Assembly: GCA_051047955.1 (NCBI GenBank)
Contig: JBPGPT010000006.1
Coordinates: 558,001-622,000 of the forward strand
Source: Cystobasidiomycetes sp. EMM_F5
Lineage: Eukaryota
Reading direction: 5' to 3'
Length of the DNA: 64,000 nucleotides
The notes under the pieces were generated by a model that was not told where the DNA came from, did not search any database, and worked only from the letters and a program-made list of their open reading frames with translations. Shown here piece by piece: positions 11,772 through 23,374 of the stretch. Position numbers and translations under genes: made by a program. Positions within the stretch are counted from its first letter, which is position 1. Each line of letters starts with the position of its first letter.

Positions 11772-14700
11772 TCACAGCTCTGCCCTCAAGGCAGCCACGC
11801 CGTCCAGCAGCTCCCTGCGCTCCTCTTCATCCATAGCGTCGTAGAATTCATCATCATCCTCGTTATAGTCATCGTCGTCTTCATTTCCATTACTTTTACT
11901 TTGACGTTTTCGGCCATGCTCGTCCAGCTCGGCAATATCCGCTTCAATGACATCCAGAATGGAGTTGAGTACTTCGGATTTTGTAGTGCCAAATACGCGA
12001 GCGAGTTTGTGTGCCCGCCGTACATTGAGGCGGACAGACTCCATCGAGCCTCGCGGTCTCTGTAGAGCGTCCAAAGGGCGAAGGGTAGTAGTCGATGCGC
12101 GACGGAGTGCAGCATCTTCCACCTCTGACGAAATAGGCAGTAGCTGCGATTCTCCTGATGATGCAGTCATATTACCATCCCTGTTGCCGCTCATGCTATA
12201 ATTAGCAAACGAGGCCAATATAGAGGCTTTAGTGGGCGATTCGCCAGTCTTGAGCGGTACAAGGGAAGCTCTTGCGCTCATAACAGGCTCGTCCAGCGAG
12301 CCACGCTCTAAAGTCGTGTTATGCCATGCTTCGGCAAAATTGCCACTCGGACTCAGTTGCAGGGTTGGAGTCCGTGAACGATTTATGACTTCTGCCCTCT
12401 GAACGATGGCTTCCGCCGCATCTTCTTCATCGTCATCGTCCTCGTCGGTGCCCGAGACGTCTCCATTTGCACTCTTGCCTTCGCTTTCATCTGCACTAGC
12501 GGTTTCCACTAATTTCTGGCGCTGTCGCACAGCGCTTGACAAGGAGGCATGCTGTCTCGACAGTCTCCTGCGAGGCGTTGGGACACGTTCATCATCTCCC
12601 GACGTTTCGCCATCCGTGTCTGCCAATACGAGCCGCTTAAAGTCATCAAAGACTTGCGGATCTTGACTCTGCGCAACGTACCGAACAGATGCCAAGCTCT
12701 GTCTGTACAATGATGATGTCTGACTCTTCATCGTTCTCACGGTGTTGATTGTGTTGTTTGACGTCATGCGACGCAAAGGGTCACGATGCGGTGGTTTGGT
12801 CTTTTCTTTCGAGCCATATGTATCCTGGTACAGCAGGCGATCATCTCTTGCTTGCATCTTTTGTATGATGGGCTGATGTGAGGCTGCAGGTTTGCGAGCA
12901 TACAGTTGCGAAGGCGGAAGGGACCCAAACATCTTTTCAAGTTTTCTTGCACGTCGGATAGCAGCGATGGCAGGCTCATTTTCCGAAAATGTACCATGTG
13001 CACCTCGGTTTTCGGATGCGTCGTCGGCGTATTTGCCAAAGAATGATCGCGGCGAAGCAGGTGCATGTACAGTCCTCCGGCGGTATTGTGCAATCTGCTG
13101 TGATCGTACGGCTGCAGGATCCACTTGCACCGGCGCAGTATCTGCAAAGATCCGTTCAGGCAAACCAGAACTAGCTGGAGATGGTCCGCTCTCGTCCGTA
13201 GCTGCCGAACGCGATGATACTCCAGACAACAAGGCCGATTTGGTCCGGGCCAGCTTGTTAATCTTGGACGATGCGCTCGACAGTACTCTGGCGGTAGCAC
13301 GTCGTCGCAATGCAGACTTTGTTGGGCTTCTCGGGGTGTTGGCTATAATGTGTCGGCGAGTAGGCGATAAGGGAGCCGCAGTAGCGGTATTGTAAATCAT
13401 CGAGGCCGGCACCTTCTCGCCGAGAAAAGATTGGCTGTCGGTGAGCACATGTTAGTCGTATGGATATCTCACCATCTCTGTGTTTCAGGAGAATGAACGC
13501 ACACTTTGAGTAATTTGCGCCTTCTCGCTGCTCTAGCGAGAGCTTCTGCCGACAGTCTGTCCCTTTTCGAAACAGTAAACGGGCTGAACTCGCCGCTCTC
13601 GGACTCTGAACTAGACGGCGGCCATTCATTTAGGTCAATCTTTAGCGACCCTCTCCGCTCCGCTGTAGGGTCTGTGTTACTTCTTAAACGGCCGCTCGTG
13701 CCGGGCGACAGCTGCCCGTTCGTCCATGCACCCGCGAGAACCGGTGACTTTCCGCCTAGTAGTGCAAGATCGGGCGAAGTCATGCTATCACTATAATATC
13801 CCATGCGAGGCGCCGCTGCGCTTGACTCGCGGGACAGTCCACTCGAGGTCGGATCGTCGGTAAATCGCCAAGGCACGCGCGGACTCATGACGGGCGAGGA
13901 ACCTGCAAGTATCGTTTAAATTATGTTTACTCCTGTGATGAGAGCTCTTGCTAGCTGACTCACCTGCGGACATGAATTCCATTTCCTCCTTGGCATCCGA
14001 GATCGGAAGTGCTGAGCGACTGGCGGACTGGCCTTCTTTCGCACGAACGGTAAGGGACTGCTCAAATAGCTTCTCATCGTCTTTGTCCAAATTGGCCGCT
14101 CCAAGCACAGCTCGCAGTTTGCGGTTCTTACGGACAAGTGACTGTTTCTCCTGGGTTGTTAATTCATTGGTGGTGGGCGGTAATGCTGCAGACACATTGC
14201 TCGTTGTATCAGATTGTCGACCGTATGTTATCAAAACATCAGTCGAACTACGTCTTCTAGTTTTCGCAGGAGGTATAGGTTGAGTCATAGATGCCGTCAG
14301 AAGAGGTGGTGTAGGCACCAGGTCACCAAACACCGTCGTCCGTTGCTCAGGCAAATGTACGTCCACATCCTCAAGCGTTGTAGATAGGCGTGTTGTGCTG
14401 ACACTGTTGATATTCATGCCGCTGTACGTTCCGTGATACGTGCGACGATTAGCATTGTCCCGATTACCGCTAGAAGCCAGCGTAGATGTGGAAGCATGTA
14501 ACAACCTCGTGTGTGAGTCGTACGTGTCTAGGGAGTCGGCTCGACTGGTAAAAGATGTTCCAGAATATGGTCCGGACGAGTCTTGTAAGAAAGGCGAAAT
14601 GATCGACACATCTCCACTGTCATTCTTTGAGTGACGACGCGCATCTGATGCGTTGATATCACGCGACAGAGGCATTGCTGTTGTCGAAACGTTAAAAGTA

Positions 14701-16514
14701 CGCAGATAAGACGGCGAAGCCAGCCCGAACGTTGCTCGATGAGGCGAGGCGGACGTCAAAGACCCCATACTACCAGCTGAGAACGCTCGTCTGTGAGGCG
14801 AAATATCGCTTGATGGACCGGGTGTCTTTTCAATACTCGATGGCGCCAGCGATAACAACTGAACACCGTCGGCTACATCTCGCCTGGTCAGGAGAGAACT
14901 GCTGGCGGCTTGAGGGTTTGAATACGTTGTCGGCCTAAAAGAAGTCCCTGAAGCCTGCGTTGTCGCATTTCTTCGCAACGGCATGGATGGCATGGGTTCC
15001 CCCAGCAACCAGCGCAATTTTTCGCCTCGTCTAGCAGCATCTCGCTCGGCTTTTGCAGTGAGATCCGGAGAAGTCGGCGATAGGTTTGTAGGTGTAGCAC
15101 TTCCCATGGCGTCGATCGCCGTCGTAGCAGAGTTTGTGTGGAACCCAGAAGGAGTATCGTGCCCGTCAGACTCGGTAAAATAAGTAGAAGTCGAAGAAGA
15201 GGGGAATGGCACGGTTGCCGTGCTTTCAGTCTGCGAATAGATATGTGCATGACCTTCATGACGTGAAATTCCATTTTCGTGCAGATAGAAAGCTGGCGTT
15301 TGTTGACCTGAGATACTGGCAGCATCTTTGCCTCGTCGTCTCGCAAAGTATGAGCGGATCGCAATATCGTCTGCATCCTGTGCTGCATATCTGACAATCT
15401 TGCTCGCATATGCAGTTCGACCTTCAACTGTATACTGTCCGAAACCAGAACCCAGGTAGTGCCGGAGTAAAGAAGCGAGAATCCAGCGATTGACGCCAAC
15501 ATTCGACTTTCTAGGGGCACTGCCGTTCGCGTTGTGATCTTTGGCTGGTTTCCCCTCTCGTCTGTCTCGCAGTGCTTTGCTGATAGTGGCTTGTAACGAC
15601 AGATCAACACTTGGCGTAAATCCGCTGCGGTGGTCACTCGAGAGTCCTGTCGTAGCTGCCACAGCGATTGAGAGGAAGGCATCGATGATACAAGCGCTAG
15701 CGGTCTCTGACCTAGCCTTCTCTGGTATCCTGGTCGATGCAGATGTGGCTTCGTCAATGCTACCGGCACGCAGCATTGCAAGGTCGAGGAGGGACAGCGA
15801 TGGGGACGTCGGCAACACATGTGAGTCATCATAAGACGACAAGATGGCATGACTTTCGTCCGCATCCAGCCTGTAAGCCTGCAGCCATTCCAACGCTTCT
15901 ATACAGGCTTGACGCAGTTCATACTGAGCTTTGGCGAGTACTGCGTCTCTGCTGTCTTGCGCAGCGTTGTCCGAGGGTGAGAGCTTTGCGAGATTGCCGA
16001 TGGACTGTATGGCGAATGAGTTCAGAAGAAATGGGATACTGTCGTTGCTATTTTCGGCGGGACCGTATAGGCCTAGATACTGCAGAATGTCATTGCTTTT
16101 AGCAAATATTAGACAAGAGCGCGCAGTAAGTACGCTACTGACCACCTCCGAAAGATAAGACAGGAAGACGTCCAGCATCTCCGTTGGATCCAACTCCCCC
16201 TGCACAAAGAGGCCGCCCTGACCGCCGCTGGTCAAAGCTTTCAGTATACTCAGCCCGTCGAGGAGGAATAACAATACTGCCAGTGGATGAAGCTGCGTCT
16301 CGCCAGCGAGAATCGCACTATCGTCGGCACTGTTTATTGAATTTCTGCGACCACCGCTGCTGCTGCTTCGCGACAGCGTTTGGGAAATGGCTGGACGGGG
16401 GATCTGCAGCGTGCACGCGAGAATATCCTGCCATCCTGAACTGGTTGCGCTACTGCTCGCAGATGTGCCCAATGCCTCTGCCCATGCTTGGGCGTCTGAT
16501 GCAGTCATGTCCAT
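11772..16514 (-). CDS. Large hypothetical protein (~1500 aa): helical N-terminal domain, then Ser-rich disordered region with repeated R..KL...(F/L)G motifs
   Basis: ORFs 13791-16538, 13469-13888 and 11772-13448 join in frame via introns at ~13903-13963 and ~13434-13503. No catalytic domain recognised. Confidence 0.7.
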
Positions 16515-17323
16515 TTGCGCGCGGTCGGTGAGCGTCACTCCAGCTACCGTTCAGTGGTAAGCAACTTGCTAGCAGGAAAGCGCAGCAGTCAAGGCATTCG
16601 CAGGTTGGCAGACTCAACGCCGTTTGAGCATTCGGTGGACGTACAAGACTGCCCAAAGCTGCTTCCATTGCCGTTAGAATCCGTTTGGCTGGCAGCGCGC
16701 TTTGACGCCCCGAGACAGCAGCTCGAGGACCTTCGCGCGTCCAAAGCGCGCGTAGTAGGAGCAAATGGATGCATATGGCTCTCACTGAACATCGTGCTCT
16801 ATCCACCTATGGTACGTCAAGATTGCTGTACTCAGGCTGTCGACATGAACGACTGGAAGTCCCGAAGCTTTCGAGTTTGCTTTCTTTCGCCTATATATAT
16901 TCTACCGCTCAAAGCGCAGTGTACGGTATAGATCTTGTGATGGTCCTTTCAACGAGAGGTATTACGTTTATTTGTTAGCTTGCATGCCGCCAGAAATGCA
17001 TGATCGCTGTAAAGCTTTCGAACGGGAGCTACCCTTGAGCTTGACACCAAACGCATCAAACCCAAGTCTTATCCGGGAACTTCTGATAAAACAGACTGTC
17101 CTGCTGAAACCTCTTAGCTGACACGCAGCCTGAACGGATGGTGTACCCTAGGCAGTCACTCATAACTCCGACAATTTCCAGACTTTCCGTATCGTCGCTC
17201 GCAAACGCTCAATAACATCGGCTGGGACTGCCTACATGACATAGAGGCAGTATAAACAGAAACATACCATATCTCAACCTAAATACAAGACTACAGAGCT
17301 ACGCTCTCAAGCAGAGCAGCGTC

Positions 17324-19348
17324 ATGCCCGTCAAAGGGCATGGCATTGAATACGTCGACCTAAATGATGTCAGCAGAACCCTCTGTGTTCTTGGCTTCTA
17401 TGTCTCAGTCATTGGTCTGGCGAGCTATACGATCAAGGAAAGACTCTACATGAGCGAACCGCTCATTGCTCTCCTCTTCGGAGTGGCGACAGGACCCATC
17501 GCTTGGGCACTGCTTGATCCGTACGACTGGACCGGCCGAGACATAGAGTTGACCAGTGAATACTCACAATTCGCCGAATGTGAGGTGTCCGCTGATGGAA
17601 ACCTCCTGTAGATCGCATTACCTTCCAGATCGTGCGTATCGTCATTGGCATTCAAGTTCTCTTTACGGGAATCAACTTGCCTAAGTAAGTTCCTCTTGAG
17701 CAGTAGCTCAACGGGTGTGTCGGTTTCTCATTTGGCCCTGCTGTGTTTCAAGAGCCTACCTCCGTCGAGCATGGCAATCCTTAACATGGCTTTTACTATT
17801 CGTCATGACGTGCGCTTGGCTCGTTTGTGGAGGATTCATCAAGGCTCTCATTCCTCGCTTGTCGTATCTTGAAGCTCTGGTGATTGCCGCTTGCATCACC
17901 CCCACGGATCCAGTGTTGGCAAATTCCGTCGTAAAGGGCAGATTCGCAGAACAGCGCATATCGCATCACGTTCGAGATCTGATGTAAGCTACTCATTATC
18001 AGCACGGTATGCATGTATATCTTCACTAACTGGGCTATCATGATCGCCGCGATTACCTAACTGGGCCATAACGGACTCACGAACCTGACTGGGCTACAAC
18101 TAACGTCACGTAGCGCCGCTGAATCAGGTGCCAATGACGGTCTCGGGTTTCCTTTTATCTACCTCGCAATCTACATTGCCAGTCGCGAGGTAGACAATAT
18201 GAGCATCGGCAAAGAGATTGGCTGGTGGATCGTAGACGTTTGGATATACGACATCCTCCTCTCTTGCGTAACAGGAGCTATTATTGGCTATCTCGCCCGG
18301 AAAGCCGTGAAATATGCAGAAGAGAAGGAAATGATTGATCACGAATCGTTCTTGGCTATCGGGGTGGGATTGACTTTCCTCACCCTTGGCATTGAAGGTT
18401 TACTTGGATCAGACGATATACTGGCGTGTTTCATCGTTGGAAACTCGTTTACATGGGACGATTACTTTCGAGTGCGCACTGAGGATGAGTCATTCCAGGA
18501 CGTCATCGATTCACTACTCAACACCGGGACATTTATTTACATTGGCGCCATTCTGCCATGGTCGGAGTTCGGTAATGCGGATATTGGCCTGAGCGCATGG
18601 AGACTGGTGATCATCGCTATACTCGTTATGCTGTTTCGACGCTTCCCCTGGGTTATGGCCTGCTACAAATTCATGCCAGATCTGAAGGATAATCTTCAAG
18701 ACGCTCTCTTCACAGGATGGTTTGGTCCAATTGGCGTCTCTGCCATTTACTACATCCAGATTGGCCTAGACAATATTCCCGAAGACAGGGTTGCCCTAAG
18801 ATCAACTATCGGACCGGTGGTGAGTGACCTGCCGAAAGAAGATTGGTTGCCCTCCTTTCTAATTGTTCGATACGTATTAGGTATATTTCATGGTCCTTGC
18901 AAGCGTTATTGTTCATGGTATCAGCATTCCTGTAATCAAGCGTGAGTATTCGAAAACTACAGTCCATTGCCTTGTACTGACGCAAGAAACAATAGACGGC
19001 GGCAAAGCTATAAAGCGTACGCGATCGCTAGCGCTCACGTGGTCGGGTAATCAGGAAAATCCAGACCTTTCCACCAAATTCACCAATCGCTTTTCAAACA
19101 GTCGCACAAATTCGATCAGACACGCTGCCGGCACATCCACTCCACGCTCTCTTGCGGGAGACGGTCCGACCGACGGTCCGCATGCACTGAGTCGACTCTC
19201 AGACGAAGAATCTGCGCAACGACCTGCTTCGGAAGAGACGCTTGCGAACGAAATAGCAAACAAATCTTCTGTGCCACATGCGGGACCCCCTGCAAATTCG
19301 GTTGCGCCCGCTCGCGTGCGTGATTTACGAGTAACGTTTCCCGAGTGA
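17324..19348 (+). CDS. NHA1: Na+(K+)/H+ antiporter, CPA1 family (Nha1/Sod2-like)
   Basis: Motifs IKERLYMSE, ACITPTDPVLANSVVKGRFA, AESGANDGLGFPF, LGSDDILACF and FTGWFGPIGVSAIYY; multiple hydrophobic segments. TATAAA at ~17251. Confidence 0.9.
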
Positions 19349-19438
19349 TCCGAGTATGGCCTGCTACAAAACCTCATCAAGCTATATTATACATTATACA
19401 TCTTGACACTTAAGCATGGCTGTACAAGTCTGTATATG

Positions 19439-20934
19439 TCAATGAGTACTACTCGTAGATAGACGGAAAGCCAGCATGTCTAGACCTCGTTTGACTTCTT
19501 TTTCGCCATCCCAGTCCCACATCCAATTGTACCGGTCCCGCAGGTTTTCTGCCAGCTTGGCTTGATCTCCATTGATTTCCCCATCCGTAAATTCCAGAAT
19601 TTCCCCAAGATGGTGCGAAGTGTTCTTGACTTTAGTCACCCGCTCACGTCTGTCGCGAACAGAGGGCGTCAGTTTTAACATCGACCACCAACAGCCAGAA
19701 AGCCTTACCTTATAGCATCAAACGCTTGTAGTGCCTCTGGAGCATTTGAACGGTTTACTAGCGGGCTGCCCAAGATGCTCGAGATTGTATATCCAGACTC
19801 GATAGCTTGAGCAGCACCTTGTCCTTGATGAGGCAATGTGCCTGCAGCGGCATCGCCTAACAAGCACACTGGACCGATAGCATGCGTTGGCAGGTCATTC
19901 AGCTCGTGCAACGCCCACTGATCTGGCCTGTCGATTGCGTCGAGAATAGCTTGGCAATCCGGTGACCAGCCTTTCCAATTTGATAACATTTCTTCTCTTG
20001 TTGCAGGAATAATCCATTCCTCCTTATCCCAAACAGGCGCTTTTTCTCTGTCTGATGCGAAAGCGACGATGTTAAGCACTTTGCCGAGTTGTATGGGGAA
20101 CGTCAGGATGTGGCGATCTTTTCCGAGGTACATTGTTGATTTGCGAGCCTTTTCTCCAATCTTTGCTACGATAGCGTCCATAGGAGTAAGACCACGATAA
20201 GCTATCGTTCCGGTAAATTTGGGTTTAAGGTCTTGCGCGCTCATGTGATCTTTAAGCATTATCGAGCGAACAGTGCTCTTGATGCCGTCATACGCCAGCA
20301 GAACATCTGCCTCGTGTGTGCTACCGTCTGCAAAGTGCAGCGTAACCGGAGCTTTCGTGCCATCAGAGCAAACATCGTAGGTGAGTAGGCGTTTATTGAA
20401 CTGGGCACAACCAGCGGGCAAGCGGCTGACCATGATGTCGAGGAAATGGGCGCTTTAGGATACATTCAGCTTATTACTTTACACGCGCGCGCAGACACCA
20501 ATTCACCGATGAATTGATGTGTGACGACCTCTTTGGAAGCACGGCGTATCACAGATCCGGTCGCTGTTTCCATTCGCTTCTATCCTGTCGGGCAAACCGA
20601 ATCGCCATATGAAGTAGATATCTGGGTCGCCAGGCTCATTCTTTGCAGATAAACCCTTGTAGGCATCTTCAAGACCGAGCAGGCATATTGCCCGGTATGC
20701 ATTGGGCCCGACTCCGACACCAGCACTGTGAGCGAAACGTAAGCCATTTGCACGCAAGCCATCTACACGAACTTGCCCAATCTCTTTAAACTGAGGAGCA
20801 GCTTCAAAGACCTTGAAGTCGATGTTTGCGCCGGCCTTTTGCTGGTTCGCTAAACCGAGAGCGGCAGCAAGGCCCCCAATGCCGCCTCCGACTACGGCAA
20901 TCCGCAGGGGCTGATGTGACTGACTTCCGTTCAT
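19439..20934 (-). CDS. FAD-dependent aromatic monooxygenase, salicylate hydroxylase-like (class A flavoprotein)
   Basis: Rossmann IAVVGGGIGGL, FEAAPQFKEIGAGVGVGPNA, DG motif ADVLLAYDGIKSTVR, AYRGL and GD motif VCLLGDAAAGTLPHQGQGAAQAIE. Confidence 0.9.
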
Positions 20935-21055
20935 ATTGCGAACTGACGATGTCAAAGTACCGCTAAGCGTCACGGCTCCTGGTATTACAGCGGACGGCTA
21001 GACTTTGCCGACTCATCGGGGGATTCTTTTTCGCCACCCTGGATCCGAAAGCCTA

Positions 21056-21126
21056 AGCCGAAGTAAACGGAAAGCGGAGAGCTGCTTGGAAGCCGTCGTT
21101 GCGACTTCGTTCGTCCCGAATCTGAC
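21056..21126. promoter_or_regulatory. Putative cis-element pair upstream of the FAD hydroxylase
   Basis: AGCCGAAGT at 21056-21064 and CCCGAATCTGAC at 21115-21126, both repeated exactly upstream of the neighbouring decarboxylase. Confidence 0.5.
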
Positions 21127-21354
21127 GGCCCGACGACATGCCCGGACTGTCGGCGTGCGCGAGCCGTTACCAGCTCACCTCGTAGGAAATAAAGTATCGA
21201 AACCGGGAGTATAGTACCGTAATGTTTTTCAGAGAGCAAGCACATATTGCGATGAAGCACTCAACGAGCCAGTGGACTTCTGGCTGTACTGAGATGTGAC
21301 AAAGACATCGTTTGGCAAGGGCTACACTGTCAAGAGCGTAGCTATTTACATTAC

Positions 21355-22901
21355 TTAATAGCTGCCGATACCGAAAACATGGCTGTCTAGACCACCGACT
21401 CTCAGCTCCTCCATCGTCGCATCTGCCTTTAGGCTGAATGGCGCTTCGTGAAGTCTTAACGTCTTGATAGTGTTCGTTCTGGCAATTTTCAGTCTGTCGG
21501 ACTCGGAGATTGGAGCGGTGTCCATCCACTGCGCGCCATTCTTGAGATTCGGTTCATCTTTGAGTATTCAGTGCCTCATATCAGCCAACGCAAGCTTGTC
21601 TTTGAAAGGCTCGACATACATGGATAATCTACAGCAAACTGGATGCGGTCGGCGCCAATTTCCGAGATGCACGCTTGCAGCATTCTTGACGAATAATGCC
21701 CTGACGTGGTTATGATCATATTTTGAGCGAAGTAGTCGCGAATGAGCTTCTTCTTGCTCATTGGCATGGTAGGGAAGCGCTGGCGATCCAGCTTGTGATC
21801 TAACCGCCATAAATCTGCCGTCAGGCCTTCTCCCATGTGTCCGAACATCAATTGAAGCTGTTGTCAAACATTGAGCTGGGTAGATTCGTAAGACTGAGCT
21901 GTCCTTACGGTTGGGAATCTATCGAATACACCACTTGTGCATAAAGCCAGAATATGCGAAGCCAACTGCGTCTTGAAACCATGTGCACTAGCGGCAAGCT
22001 GAACAGGCTTTCAGTTTCTGTTTCGGCACATCACATAGTCGGGGAAGTACTGACCCAAGGCCTCTTCTTGTAAAAATCGCCGACATGCAGACGAGGATGC
22101 AAATACACAGGCCTGTCAAGTTCGACCAGCACCTTCCAAAGAACATCGTATGAGGGATGATCATAGTATAGACGTTTGCCTTCCGGTCCATTCTCAGCCC
22201 ATTCTGGCGCTTCTTCATCACACACGGTTTGGTAATCATTCAGAATCTACTTGCAAAAGTCAATATCGAGCGGATGTGTCCTGCAAGTAGCGCCTACGAT
22301 GCCAACGAAGCCGACTAAGCTGAGACTTAGCTGTAATCACGTATAGCCACAAGTGTTCTGCTTACGCTCCGTAATGCACCTCCTGGCTTCTTTAGCTGCT
22401 TCTTCCGGCCGTATCATGGACAAAGCGCCAAAGTTAGCGAATCTGGACGGATAGTTCTTGCATTCCCCTGCGATCCAACTTTCGTTCTTCATCAGTCGCG
22501 AGGGATACAGTATTGGCTACAATAGACACACTCATTGGCCTCTTTCGCCAGAGCTTCCGCTTCTTCTGCCTTCCCAGGCGCTTGAGTACCGGGCGAAGTG
22601 AAGCTGAGAACCTCCATCTCAACGCCAGTCTCGTCCATTTCCGCTATCCGGCCAGGAATGTCCACCATTGCCTTTTCCATGAGTATTGCAGCAGTAGGAG
22701 AAGCGAAGCCGACTGCCTCGTGCGCCAACCTCGGAAGGTTCCTAAATTTGCATTGTCAGAGCACTGTGCACAAGAAAAGGCTTGATTCGCACGCCTACCA
22801 TGCTCTGCGAGGCGCGCAATGGACAGGCGGTAAACAGTCAGAATGAACTCTGATGTGCATGCTTTGGCTACGCACTCTTCAACGATGATCTTTCCCTTCA
22901 T
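21355..22901 (-). CDS. Amidohydrolase-2 family non-oxidative hydroxybenzoate decarboxylase (2,3-dihydroxybenzoate / gamma-resorcylate / salicylate decarboxylase-like)
   Basis: Spliced model reads MKGKIIVEEAW...VLSFTSPG.Q...LGFVG..LNDYQ...VYLHPR...SGVFDRFP...FGHMGEGL...TTSGH...IGADRIQFAVDYPY, the diagnostic motifs of fungal DHBD/Sdc enzymes. Confidence 0.88.
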
Positions 22902-23037
22902 GATGGCAGATGGCAGATGTCGGTAATGAGAAATGGACGTCGTAGGACCAGATAATGCGTATCAGTCGTAGTCCGCGAGACTTCCATCCATCCAGCAAAC
23001 TCAGCTCCGATGTCAGTGGCTGACGGATTTCGGAACG

Positions 23038-23071
23038 AGCCGAAGTCGAATCCGAGTGACCCGAATCTGAC
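23038..23071. promoter_or_regulatory. Putative cis-element pair in the decarboxylase/MFS divergent promoter
   Basis: AGCCGAAGT at 23038-23046 and CCCGAATCTGAC at 23060-23071, within a CCGA/TCGG-rich stretch. Confidence 0.5.
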
Positions 23072-23374
23072 CTCGATATTTTCTGCTTAGTAAGCCGCTG
23101 AAAGTGTAGTTTGCCGCTTTATAAAGCGGATCGTCCACTCAATGCTATTCTTAGCACCCATATTCAGCCCGGCATCGCGGGGTGTACGTATTATCCCCCG
23201 GTCTATAGCGAGCGTATTGTACCGAAAAGCTTGGCCGGGACACACACACTTTCGGCTGCGAAGTCGGATCTTGTGGTTCGCTCTGTGCCCCCGCTACCAC
23301 ACCTTGTCCTTCTGAGTTCTTCCTCAGATCCCCCACTCCCCGCTCCATCCATTGTATCGAAGGCGCTGACAGTC

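Noticed and set aside
14888..15865. 325-aa overlapping minus-strand ORF
   Set aside because: Alternative frame inside the 915-aa ORF with no recognisable features.
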